A program made the translations under genes and the position numbers. A DNA stretch of 56,965 bases, from contig CAYYUZ010000006.1 in NCBI GenBank assembly GCA_964475005.1, positions 1-56,965 on the forward strand, in the 5' to 3' direction. Position 1 is the first letter of the stretch, and each line of letters starts with the position of its first letter. This DNA is from an uncultured Spirochaetales bacterium (GTDB lineage: Bacteria > Spirochaetota > Spirochaetia > JABEVK01). Below, in pieces: positions 28,941 to 37,896 of the stretch. The notes below the pieces were generated by a model. It saw only the letters and a program-made list of their open reading frames with translations, was not told where the DNA came from and ran no database searches.

Positions 28941-28965
28941 GGATTCAGGTGCTAGTGCCGCGAGG
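28941..28965 (+). repeat. 25-bp direct repeat, copy 2 (spans the integrase stop codon)
   Basis: GGATTCAGGTGCTAGTGCCGCGAGG; TCA at 28945-28947 is the integrase stop. Confidence 0.8.
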
Positions 28966-30141
28966 TCCATGGGTCTTCGGCGGTTTCGAACCAACGGAAC
29001 TCGGGACCCTGAAAGAATCAGTTCCATTCATTCTTGCCAGGGCCTCCTGAAAGTCGACCACACCGACCCTCGTGTATCTCTCGGTCATCGTCATGTCAGA
29101 ATGACCGGCCAGCCGTTGTACTACGAAGTCGGGGATTCCTTGGCTGCGGGAATTGCTAACGAAAAAGTTTCGGAGTCCGTGAAAACAGATTGCTCGATCC
29201 TCACGGGCCTTCGCGCCAACTCCGATCTTGTCTAGAATTCGCGTGAAGCCTCGTCGAATGGAAACCAGCTCCATAGGTCGATCAACGCGGTCGTCGTTGA
29301 ACAGAACGAACGGTGAGGCCCGGAGGTTCATTGTCTGGACGGTCTTCAGAATGTCCAGGACGACCTGAGGGCAGGGTACTTGACGGGACTTCGACCATTT
29401 AGGAAGCTTGACACCTTCCTCGGCAGTCACGAAATTGTTCCTCACTTCAATGGTCGAAGTTCCAGCGTTGACGTCTTCCCATTGCAACCCCCTGGCCTCA
29501 CCAGCCCGTAGGCCACAAAAAGATGCCAAGAGGATAGCAGCCTTGATTCGAGGACTTTCCACTAAGGCAATGATCTTCGATAGTTCTTCATTCGAGAGGA
29601 TTCCCCGGAGCTTGGGGCGATCGAGCACCCTTTGGACAGTGACGAGCGGATCCGGTTGGCCGTGCTTTCGGAAAAAATCGGCGACCGCAACTTTCAGAGA
29701 ACAGAGAGCTGTGTTGATCCTGTGCCCGCTAAGTCCCTTTTCACTCAGAGCAAGAACAAGTTTCTCCACGGAGCCGGGTGAAAGTTCTCCCAGTCGTGTT
29801 TCGCCGAGGGTCGGGATAACATGGACTTCGACGGCAGACAGGCAGTCTCGAACGTAGTGGACCGACAAGGCACGACCTCTGAGCGCTTTTCCCTTCGCGT
29901 AGTCAGAGTTCATTGTCCAAAACTCTTTGAGGAAGTCGGCTAGCCGGGGATTTTCACTATTTGGAAGAACCCCAAGCTCAAGTTTGTTCTGAGCAAGTCT
30001 TTCAGCCTGTTTTCTGGATTTCGCCTCTGGGAGGCTAATGGTCCGAAAGACTTTGCCTTCGGAGTCGAGAAACCGGACAGACCAGGACTTCTTTCCTGTT
30101 CTGCCGATCCTCTGGAACACTCGAAACGGTAACGCATCCAT
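28945..30141 (-). CDS. int: Tyrosine recombinase / phage-type integrase
   Basis: GLRAGE, HGLR, LAGHS, RYT catalytic residues; GGAG RBS before ATG 30141; adjacent to a tRNA 3' end. Confidence 0.93.
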   Translation of the reverse strand: MDALPFRVFQRIGRTGKKSWSVRFLDSEGKVFRTISLPEAKSRKQAERLAQNKLELGVLPNSENPRLADFLKEFWTMNSDYAKGKALRGRALSVHYVRDCLSAVEVHVIPTLGETRLGELSPGSVEKLVLALSEKGLSGHRINTALCSLKVAVADFFRKHGQPDPLVTVQRVLDRPKLRGILSNEELSKIIALVESPRIKAAILLASFCGLRAGEARGLQWEDVNAGTSTIEVRNNFVTAEEGVKLPKWSKSRQVPCPQVVLDILKTVQTMNLRASPFVLFNDDRVDRPMELVSIRRGFTRILDKIGVGAKAREDRAICFHGLRNFFVSNSRSQGIPDFVVQRLAGHSDMTMTERYTRVGVVDFQEALARMNGTDSFRVPSSVGSKPPKTHGPRGTST

Positions 30142-30157
30142 ACGATTCTCCATTCCG

Positions 30158-30178
30158 TGGTAACACATTTGGTAACAC
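30158..30178 (+). repeat. Tandem TGGTAACAC x2 (12-bp period), candidate integrase arm-type sites
   Basis: Direct repeats at 30158-30166 and 30170-30178 between int and the tRNA. Confidence 0.5.
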
Positions 30179-30248
30179 GGTTGTGATTCTCGATGGTTTG
30201 CGTTTTCGCTCAACCTGATAAGTTCTTCCAACAGAAGAACTTGCTAAA

Positions 30249-30321
30249 TAGCAGGGCTAGGACTCGAACCTAGGACCTTCGGGTTATGAGCCCGACGAGC
30301 TGCCAACTGCTCCACCCTGCG
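30249..30321 (-). tRNA. tRNA-fMet (CAT)
   Basis: Reverse complement CGCAGGGTGGAGCAGTTGGCAGCTCGTCGGGCTCATAACCCGAAGGTCCTAGGTTCGAGTCCTAGCCCTGCTA; GGG/CCC anticodon stem and unpaired C1 typical of initiator tRNA; CCA not encoded. Confidence 0.95.
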
Positions 30322-30339
30322 TCGTTTGTGTTGGACAGC

Positions 30340-31413
30340 TTAACGAAGGACGGGTACTGTGTCAAGCGCCCGCTGGAGTGCGGTCAGACACCGCTGGTTT
30401 TGCTGGAGCGTTCCGACGGTGATCCGAATCCAGTCGGGCAAGCCGAAGCTGGTCATCGGACGGATGGTGACGCCCTGGTCGGCCATGGCCGAGAACACGG
30501 CCTGCGCGTCGCGATCAACCTTGACGGCGATGAAGTTGGCCTGCGTAGGGTAGAAGAACAGCCCCAGCCTTGCAAGATTCTCGTTCCAGAATTGTTTTCC
30601 CTCACGGTTCACCTTCCGCGATTGTTCGACAAAGCTCGTGTCGTCCAGGGCGACCCTAGCGGCCACCTGCCCCAACGTGCCGACGTTAAAGGGCTGCTTT
30701 ACCACCGACAACTGCGCGATGATCTGGGGAGAGGCCACTGCAAATCCGACCCTCAAAGCCGCCAGACCGTAAACCTTGGAGAAGGTTCTGAGCACTAGCA
30801 GATTGGGAAACCGTTTGAGAAGTTTCATGGAGTCGGGGTAGTCGGCGGCTTCGACGTAGTGCACGTAGGCTTCGTCGAGCACGACAAGCACAGACGGGGG
30901 AACGGCGGCTAGGAAGGCCTCAAGCACAAGACTTGAAAAGTAGCCGCCTGTGGGATTGTTGGGATTGCAGAGGAACACCATTTTGGTGTGCACATCGATC
31001 GCGTCAGCGATGGCGGTGAGGTCGAAGGCTCCGTCTTTCAGGGGCGTGTACTTGACCGATCCGCCAAACAGTCTGACGGCAAAGTGATACTCAGAAAACG
31101 TCACGTCAGCGGTGACGGCGTTGTCCCCCACACGGATGTAGGCGCCCGCGATCAGCGTCAGCACTTCGTCGGACCCATTGCCCAGCAGAATTTGGTCGGC
31201 TGCCACGCCCAAAACCGGCGCCAGAGCGTCCCGAAGCGCAGAGGCCGCCCCATCGGGGTAAAGATGGACCGAGTCGACCGCCGCGATCAGCGCCTTGAGG
31301 GCGAGGGGGCTGGGCCCCAGCGGATTTTCGTTCGACGCCAGTTTCAGGGCGCCGGGCATCAGCTTTCCTGGGGAGTACGGCTTGAGGTCTCGCAGGTCTT
31401 CTCGGAGTTCCAT
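30340..31413 (-). CDS. hisC: Histidinol-phosphate aminotransferase
   Basis: LASNENPLG, GNGSDE, CNPNNPTG, DEAY, RTFSKVYGLAALRVG. Confidence 0.93.
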   Translation of the reverse strand: MELREDLRDLKPYSPGKLMPGALKLASNENPLGPSPLALKALIAAVDSVHLYPDGAASALRDALAPVLGVAADQILLGNGSDEVLTLIAGAYIRVGDNAVTADVTFSEYHFAVRLFGGSVKYTPLKDGAFDLTAIADAIDVHTKMVFLCNPNNPTGGYFSSLVLEAFLAAVPPSVLVVLDEAYVHYVEAADYPDSMKLLKRFPNLLVLRTFSKVYGLAALRVGFAVASPQIIAQLSVVKQPFNVGTLGQVAARVALDDTSFVEQSRKVNREGKQFWNENLARLGLFFYPTQANFIAVKVDRDAQAVFSAMADQGVTIRPMTSFGLPDWIRITVGTLQQNQRCLTALQRALDTVPVLR

Positions 31414-31445
31414 CTTCTTGTTCTAGCTGACGCAGGCCCAGGGGG

Positions 31446-32141
31446 TCAAGGCGAACCTCCCGGTGTTAACCAGCCTTCGAAGATCAAGTAGAAGCAAAGC
31501 GTGAGTCCCAAATAGCTCAAGTTGTAGAAGAAGTCTTCTAAGGGAATCGTTCCGATGCGGAGTCCCACGATGGCCTTGGGGTTGTACCAAATCGTTGGCA
31601 AGGCGGTGTAGATTCCATCGACCACGACGAAGGCCACGAAGCAGAGGGCCAGCCAGATCCAGAAGGTCGATACCCCCATGAGCGCTGGTTGAGCGAGGGC
31701 CATCGTAGACAGGAAGATGGCGACCGATCCCATCGCGAGCACGGTGTACGCAAGACGCCGAACAATCCAGGCTGCCACCACAAACACCAGCGAACCAGCA
31801 AACAAGGAAATTGGGTTCACGTTGGCGAACACAACGGGGCTGAACCACGCCCGGACCACTTCGAACAGAAACAGGCACGCGTACGGAACTGTGATAAAAA
31901 AGAAAAACTCCCCAACCGGCAGGTAAAAAAGCCGGAAGGTTCCGGTGAACTCGGGATTGAACTTCCAGTCCCCGCGCCGAACGACCAGCGAATCCCAAAA
32001 CAGGTAGAGAAACCCCGTGATCGCCGACGCGAGGCCGACGGCTGGCCAGTGGGTCCAGAAATGGACCTTGGCCTCGAACGAGGCGGCGAAGGGACCGGCA
32101 AGAACGGCAAGAGCAATCAACGAGTACACATGTTTCTTCAC
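31446..32141 (-). CDS. Membrane lycopene cyclase domain protein (tandem CrtYc/Yd-type domains)
   Basis: WD...V.RGDWKFN....G......LPVGEFFFF and IPLEDFFY; GTG start overlapping the crtB stop. Confidence 0.8.
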   Translation of the reverse strand: MKKHVYSLIALAVLAGPFAASFEAKVHFWTHWPAVGLASAITGFLYLFWDSLVVRRGDWKFNPEFTGTFRLFYLPVGEFFFFITVPYACLFLFEVVRAWFSPVVFANVNPISLFAGSLVFVVAAWIVRRLAYTVLAMGSVAIFLSTMALAQPALMGVSTFWIWLALCFVAFVVVDGIYTALPTIWYNPKAIVGLRIGTIPLEDFFYNLSYLGLTLCFYLIFEGWLTPGGSP

Positions 32142-32983
32142 GACAAACTCCCATTGTCCGATTTGGAGGGAAAGCAGAAGAGGTTGGCCACCGCTGTGGC
32201 CAGAATCCTGGGACGAGAAGGCTTGATCTTTCGTCTCCACACTTCGAGTGGATCCTTCATGATGACTCGGGCTGTCCAGTTGTACAGGTCGGAGGCCGTT
32301 TTGATGGCCACTCGAAACCGCCACGGCAGGAATCGGTAGCCCGCCTCTCCTCCTTTTTGCCAGGCTTGATACTGTCTTGTCCAGGTCCGCATGAAGTCGG
32401 CAAACGCTTGGGGATTGGCCAGGGCGGTCTCGCGAGAGAGGTCCTTGAGGTGCCCGTCCAAGGGGAGGTAGCGTCGGCCGAGGGCGTGGTCCTCGGCGAC
32501 GTCACGGAGAAAGTTGATGAACTGCATGCTTCGGCCAAGGAGCTGCGCCGCTGGCCGTGCCTCGGACGGGATTCCCAAGATGCTGATCATGAACAAGCCG
32601 ATGACCTCGGCCGACCCGAAGGTGTAGTGAAGCACATCGTCGAGGGTGTCGAAGGGACTCGCCTTCAGGTCGCTCTCCATGGCGTCCAGAAAGGCTTCTG
32701 TCCACTGGTTCTCGAAGCCCCGTCGCCGCGAGAGCTCGACGAAGGGGTCGATGACCCAGTCCCCGGCCGGAGTTCCCGCGACGGCGGCCCGCCAGCGCTC
32801 TCGAAAGGCAAAGAACTCCTCGGGATGAACGGGTTGATCGTCGACAAGATTGTCGGCCACACGAACAAAAGCGTAAAACGTCGAGATGTCCCGGCGGAGG
32901 GCCTTCGGAAAGAGCCTACTGGAATTGTAGTAGGTCGTGCTTCCTTGGCGGAAGATCTGCTGGTGGAGCTGGTCAATGTCCAC
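32138..32983 (-). CDS. crtB: Phytoene synthase
   Basis: FYAFVRVADNLVDD, FLDAMESDL, LGRSMQFINFLRDVAED...GRRYLP. Confidence 0.92.
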   Translation of the reverse strand: MDIDQLHQQIFRQGSTTYYNSSRLFPKALRRDISTFYAFVRVADNLVDDQPVHPEEFFAFRERWRAAVAGTPAGDWVIDPFVELSRRRGFENQWTEAFLDAMESDLKASPFDTLDDVLHYTFGSAEVIGLFMISILGIPSEARPAAQLLGRSMQFINFLRDVAEDHALGRRYLPLDGHLKDLSRETALANPQAFADFMRTWTRQYQAWQKGGEAGYRFLPWRFRVAIKTASDLYNWTARVIMKDPLEVWRRKIKPSRPRILATAVANLFCFPSKSDNGSLS

Positions 32984-34451
32984 GGCGGGTCCTGACGATC
33001 TGGCGAACGACAACTTCGCTTGAAATCAGCGTCATGGGAACCCCGACGCCCGGGTGGGTGTACTGGCCGGCGTACCACAGGTTGTCGACTTTTTTGGACC
33101 TATGGGAGGGACGGAAGACCGCCGTCTGAAACAGCGTGTGGGCCAATCCCAACGCGGTGCCTTTCCAGGCGTGATAGTCGTTCTCGAAGTCTCGGGGTCC
33201 GAAGACTCTCAGGGTTTCGATGGAAGTTTGAAAGCTCTGACCAAGGACGGTTTCCACATGGGTCAGGAGCTTGGGGAGGTAGCCCGCGCGAAACGCCTCG
33301 GTGTCGTCAAGCCCCGGGGCGACCGGAACCAGCAAGAAGAGGTTCTCGCAGCCCGGCGGGGCCATCGAGGCATCGGTCTTGGTGATGGCGCTCAAGTAGA
33401 AGCACGGGTTCTCAGGCCACGACGGCTGCTTGAAGATGGTATCGAAATGCGCGTCCCAGTCGGCCTTGAAATAGAGGTTGTGGTGCTCGAGCCCCGGTAA
33501 CCTCTTCTTGACCCCGAGGAAGACCAGGAACATCGAGGGAGCCAGGACGCGCTTGTTCCAGTAGCGTTGGCGGTAGGTCTGCCAGCGGGGTTCCAGCAGC
33601 TGCGTCTCGCTCCAGGCGTAGTCGGAACAATTGAGGAACACATCGGCGACAAACGCTCCGTGTTCGGTGACCGCTTCGGCGACAGTTCCCGCCACGACGC
33701 GAAGTTTGGCAACCTCATGGTTGCACAGGATTCGCCCGCCCCGCTGAGCCACAAGTCTTGCCATGGCAGTTGCGACCCCATTCATGCCACCGGCCGGGAA
33801 CCTCACCCCGAGCTTCAGGTCGATGTGGCTCATGATCGAGTACAGCGCCGGGGCGTCGTGGGGGCTTGTCCCCAAGAAGACCATGGCGTACTCAAGAATC
33901 TGACGGGCCCGGGTGTCGGTGAAGAACCGCCGCACAAACTTGTCGAGCGACTGGAAGATTCCCAGGCTCAAACCCTTGGTCAAGACCTTGAAACTCAAAA
34001 AATCGAACACAGTTCGGTACGGACGGTACAAGAAGTCACTCATCGCCGTGTCGTATTTGTACTGCGCCTCATCGATGTACTTTTGCAGCCGCAGGGCACC
34101 GCCGGGCTCGAAGGCCTCGAACAGCGCCTTGGTCTTTTCAAGGTCGTCGGTGACCGTGACCGAGGTTTGGCCTTCAAAAAAGACTTGGTAGTGGGTCTTG
34201 AGTTTTGTCAGGCTGTAGGCTTCGGCCACCGAACTGCCGACCGAAGCGAAGAAATTCTCAAACACTTCGGGCATTAGGTACCACGAAGGTCCCATGTCGA
34301 ACTGGTACCCCTTGTCGCTCCACAGCCGCGCTCGGCCGCCGGGCTGGTCGTTCTTTTCGAGGATGGTCACCCGCCATCCCTCATGCAAAAGGAGGAGGGC
34401 CGACGCCAAACCCGAGTAACCCGCACCGATGATCAGAGCGTGCTTTTTCAT
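32973..34451 (-). CDS. crtI: Phytoene desaturase
   Basis: IGAGYSGL, FDMGPSWYLMP, NLWYAGQYTHPGVGVPM. Confidence 0.93.
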   Translation of the reverse strand: MKKHALIIGAGYSGLASALLLLHEGWRVTILEKNDQPGGRARLWSDKGYQFDMGPSWYLMPEVFENFFASVGSSVAEAYSLTKLKTHYQVFFEGQTSVTVTDDLEKTKALFEAFEPGGALRLQKYIDEAQYKYDTAMSDFLYRPYRTVFDFLSFKVLTKGLSLGIFQSLDKFVRRFFTDTRARQILEYAMVFLGTSPHDAPALYSIMSHIDLKLGVRFPAGGMNGVATAMARLVAQRGGRILCNHEVAKLRVVAGTVAEAVTEHGAFVADVFLNCSDYAWSETQLLEPRWQTYRQRYWNKRVLAPSMFLVFLGVKKRLPGLEHHNLYFKADWDAHFDTIFKQPSWPENPCFYLSAITKTDASMAPPGCENLFLLVPVAPGLDDTEAFRAGYLPKLLTHVETVLGQSFQTSIETLRVFGPRDFENDYHAWKGTALGLAHTLFQTAVFRPSHRSKKVDNLWYAGQYTHPGVGVPMTLISSEVVVRQIVRTRRGH

Positions 34452-34510
34452 AATGTTCTAAGAATACGAGGGCCTGTCCCCAAAGGCAAACCCCTCGCGG
34501 GTATGGGCGA

Positions 34511-35200
34511 CTAGTAAAGATAAATTCTGGCCGGCGCCGCCCGGCCAATGCGGATGGGTCGGGCGAGCCCATCCAGTTCCTTTTCGAGTTCGGCCACGGT
34601 GAACCCGCGTCGGATGGACAGGCGGCCGTCGGAAAACGCGAGACTCCCTTTGATCAGCAGACCCGTGAAGATGGTGTAGCCCACGTAAGCCCAGAACGAC
34701 CGTCGCAGGTCGTTGAGCAAGAAACCGTGCCTGGCATGGATCAGACAAAGCTCGACGGCGCGGCGCACCTGCGGGTAGGTGAAATGATGCAGAGTGTGGT
34801 TTGACACGATGAAATCAAAGTCACCCAGCGTGGCAAGGTCAAAGATCGAACCGGCTATCGGGGTAATTTCCGGGTAGTCACGGCACAAGTGCTGTGCCCA
34901 CGGCAAGACCCTGGCGTCGAGATCGAGGGCGGTGACCTTCACCTTCAGCCCCTTCTTGCGGCACAGGCGAACCACTGCGCGGTCGATGTCGCCACCGCCC
35001 GACCCGAAGTCGAGCACGGTCCAGAGGCGATCGGGCTCGGCCAGCATTTTGGGCAAAAGATGTTTTTTGAATAGAGGGATCGCCGAGGCGAAGAGCCGAT
35101 TGAGCAGGTCGAACTGCTCAATGGTTTTCTTCAGGCGTTTGGGATCGGCATCTTGCCGGTCCATCAGCTCCTCTTCGTACGATCGTTGGTTCAGGTTCAC
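34511..35200 (-). CDS. Class I SAM-dependent methyltransferase
   Basis: RS..EELMD, VLDFGSGGGD, NHTLHH, NDLRRS, DG.LSI.RGFT; start uncertain (35200 or 35308). Confidence 0.8.
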   Translation of the reverse strand: MNLNQRSYEEELMDRQDADPKRLKKTIEQFDLLNRLFASAIPLFKKHLLPKMLAEPDRLWTVLDFGSGGGDIDRAVVRLCRKKGLKVKVTALDLDARVLPWAQHLCRDYPEITPIAGSIFDLATLGDFDFIVSNHTLHHFTYPQVRRAVELCLIHARHGFLLNDLRRSFWAYVGYTIFTGLLIKGSLAFSDGRLSIRRGFTVAELEKELDGLARPIRIGRAAPARIYLY

Positions 35201-35330
35201 AAAGAAGAGCGGATGACGCGGCAAGGGACCCTCCCAGAAAGCCCATCCTAGCGCAAAAACGCCGGGATGGGCATGGGGGCTAGTAGGTGGTGACATTCCC
35301 TTATCCACTTCATACGAAGCGGCAATTCCC

Positions 35331-35475
35331 GATAACTATCATCGCTTGCTTGCGATAGTTGTCAGCAGGATGCTACTCAACAATCCCCCGACCCTTGGGA
35401 TAGGTATCCTAGAACTTCGCGATACCTATCCCACAACCCCTGATCGACCTAACCACGCCCCTGAAGATAGCTATC
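35331..35475. promoter_or_regulatory. Phased array of GATA-NN-TATC palindromic boxes
   Basis: Boxes at 35331, 35354, 35399, 35421, 35466; weak copies at 35376 and 35444; 22/23-bp period. Confidence 0.6.
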
Positions 35476-35520
35476 GTGGCGGTCACGCGAACTCTTGGCA
35501 TCGGCCTTGCGTTCCGTGAA

Positions 35521-35552
35521 GCCCCAGCCGGGCAAAAAGGCTAGGCTGGGGC
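35521..35552 (-). terminator. GC-rich hairpin after the lipoprotein gene
   Basis: GCCCCAGCC/GGCTGGGGC 9-bp stem; weak U-tract. Confidence 0.5.
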
Positions 35553-35558
35553 GCGGGT

Positions 35559-37046
35559 TCAATAGGTGGTCACAGCACCATTGTCGAGATTCATCGACGA
35601 TGTTTTCTCACTCGAAATGGTGGTGGCGGCAAAATCGGCCTGACTGATCCACAACGTTGACCCTTGAACTGGTCCTGCGATGCGGTTAGGGAGGATGAGT
35701 TGCGTTGCGCCGGTGGTGAGGATTGCAAGGGCACTCGGGCCTGTGTGAGAGTATGGTGCAGAGGCAGGGTAAGTTTGGATTGGATTCAAGAAATCGTCAT
35801 ACGTCTGAACCTCCGCCGTCCCTGTGTTATGCGTGATTGAGGCGGAAGCCCAACTGGTGTAGGGGCTAAGCAGAACCCACGCCTTGCCCTGGTCCCAAAC
35901 CACATCGGTGAAGATCGACGCGGTCGGGTCACTAGTGGTGACCGTGTTCTGAATCGAGTAGTACTCTAGGGAATCACCGTAGTACTGAAGGACCCCTGTG
36001 TGGACCGTCGAACTGCCGTCACTGCTGTAGTAAGTGACATAGACGTCTGAGTACGTCGAATCGACGGCAACACCGGTCACGACCACGTTGGGCAACAGAC
36101 CAGAGGAAGTAATATCGCTAGTGAACTCGTAGGAATCAGCGAGAGCCGGCGTGCTTGAGGCGTTCGTGATTTGGTAGTACCACCAGTTGGCTCCAGAGTT
36201 TTCAGAACCGACCAGCCAGATTGTATCGGCAGTCGTCGGATCGGCACAAGCCGCCGAAATCGCCGGTGCGGAGCGGCCTGTGAGGCCCGCAACGATGGCC
36301 CCGGTGATTACTGCGTCGGTGCCTGACATCGGTGAATTGATATTGGTCCAGTGGTATACGGAGTTGGAGAATTTGTTGAAATAGTACAATCTAGCATCTG
36401 CGCCATAGAAGAACCTGTCCGCCGGTTGAACTGTAAGCGCCGACGCAAAGAGGCTTGGTGTTGCGGTTGGATTGTGCATTTGCACCGTACTCGACGACCC
36501 CGACACCACCGACGCCGGGTCAAAAACAACGGCCTGGTTTGGATGTACCGTCAAGTCAACGTAGGTGTCGTAGGCAGGATCGACAAGGAAGTCGGCCTGG
36601 TCACCATAAGCTGTGACTCCCGCAAAGTAGCCGGGAGCCGTCGCGTTGATGCCGAGGCTGACAACAATGCGGTAGTTCTCATTGGGCGTCAAATAAAGAT
36701 CTACGAAGGGGTTGTTCGGGTCGATGGTGCCGCCGCCAGCCGGGCCCGACCCGGAAGGTCCCATGTCGGTCACCGCATAGGTCATCGTAGTTATGCTGCC
36801 GACCCCGATGTCGCGGGCTAGTGACCGGATCACGTGCGAGGACCGGGTCGCGGCACCAAGCCGTTTAGTCGCCGCCGATTTAGCTGGCTTGGAAACACGG
36901 GCCACCGTTCCGGGTTTTTGTGCGCCTGTCGCCGAAAGGATGACCCTTCCGTTCTTAGCCGGACTTGAGGACACCGTCTGCATGGAGCAGGCACAGAATA
37001 GACCAAGCAGACCCAGAGCCGTAAGAATGGCGAAATGATACTTCAT
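35559..37046 (-). CDS. Ser/Thr-rich lipoprotein of unknown function
   Basis: MKYHFAILTALGLLGLFCAC signal with lipobox; ATGA overlap with the FecR gene. Confidence 0.75.
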   Translation of the reverse strand: MKYHFAILTALGLLGLFCACSMQTVSSSPAKNGRVILSATGAQKPGTVARVSKPAKSAATKRLGAATRSSHVIRSLARDIGVGSITTMTYAVTDMGPSGSGPAGGGTIDPNNPFVDLYLTPNENYRIVVSLGINATAPGYFAGVTAYGDQADFLVDPAYDTYVDLTVHPNQAVVFDPASVVSGSSSTVQMHNPTATPSLFASALTVQPADRFFYGADARLYYFNKFSNSVYHWTNINSPMSGTDAVITGAIVAGLTGRSAPAISAACADPTTADTIWLVGSENSGANWWYYQITNASSTPALADSYEFTSDITSSGLLPNVVVTGVAVDSTYSDVYVTYYSSDGSSTVHTGVLQYYGDSLEYYSIQNTVTTSDPTASIFTDVVWDQGKAWVLLSPYTSWASASITHNTGTAEVQTYDDFLNPIQTYPASAPYSHTGPSALAILTTGATQLILPNRIAGPVQGSTLWISQADFAATTISSEKTSSMNLDNGAVTTY

Positions 37047-37882
37047 GGAGTGATTCCCCCTATACTGACATATGTTGTTACAGGAACAGGTGTTGGGGTG
37101 ATACCCCCGATTGAAATGTGGGTGGCAATGGGAACTGGTGCCGGAATGATTCCTCCTATCGATAGATGGGTTGCTCCAGGGGTGCCGTTCCAATCGTAGT
37201 AGTAGCTGTAGAGATCCCAGGAACTCGAACTGTCCCAACTAAAGTAGTCACCACTGCTCGATGTAGAATCTTGGCCGAAATCTGAACCGGCTTGGGCCGT
37301 CACGACGGAGTTTTGGGTGACGATGGTCAGATTGCCCGCCAATATTTCGTTCGTGCCAGGCGTTGGCGCCCGGGCCGATTCGCCTGCGGAAACGGTGGTG
37401 GTGTTTCCGTTGGAGTCTGTGACAGTGTAGTGACCTTCAATACCCTCAAACGTGTACCCGTCTGACCCTAAACTCGTACCACGCACCGACGCGGTGGCAA
37501 CAGGACTCGAGATTTTGAAGGTCTGAGTCTTGACGGACTCGGACTTGTTGACTTGGGCTTCGACCTTTCCGACTCTGAGGTAAACGTCGGTCTGTAGATC
37601 GGTGCCGCTATGGGTAAGCTCCCGAAGGGTAAGCCGGCTCAAGGCCTTGAGCGTCACGATTGACGTGCCGATCTTGACTTGGAGTTCGGACCTGAACCCC
37701 GTCGATACGGTGTCGCCCAGACTGATCAGATCACCAATGGACAACGGGACCCAATCCTCTCCCTTCTGAATTTGGGCTTTGCCGGTTATTTTCGAAACAG
37801 TCGCTGTCACATCAGCCGAAAAGGCCGTCTGCGGAAGGGCGAGGCAGGCGACCGCGAGGACAAAGAAGAAAATTTGACGCAT
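37043..37882 (-). CDS. Secreted FecR-domain protein with C-terminal repeats
   Basis: Signal peptide; GDTVSTG, ISSPVATASVRGT FecR motif; three T[HY]xSIGGIxP repeats. Confidence 0.8.
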   Translation of the reverse strand: MRQIFFFVLAVACLALPQTAFSADVTATVSKITGKAQIQKGEDWVPLSIGDLISLGDTVSTGFRSELQVKIGTSIVTLKALSRLTLRELTHSGTDLQTDVYLRVGKVEAQVNKSESVKTQTFKISSPVATASVRGTSLGSDGYTFEGIEGHYTVTDSNGNTTTVSAGESARAPTPGTNEILAGNLTIVTQNSVVTAQAGSDFGQDSTSSSGDYFSWDSSSSWDLYSYYYDWNGTPGATHLSIGGIIPAPVPIATHISIGGITPTPVPVTTYVSIGGITP

Positions 37883-37896
37883 AGAAACCTCCACGA

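Larger units (their letters stand above)
1..30248. mobile_element. Genomic island / integrative element at tRNA-fMet (left boundary not seen)
   Basis: Integrase next to the tRNA 3' end; radC, resolvase, defence genes, pseudogenes and a decayed CRISPR to its left; housekeeping genes to the right. Confidence 0.75.

Noticed and set aside
35331-35475. TIGR or CRISPR interpretation of the GATA-box array
   Set aside because: The unit is too short for CRISPR and no Nop-domain or cas gene is adjacent; retained only as an operator-like array
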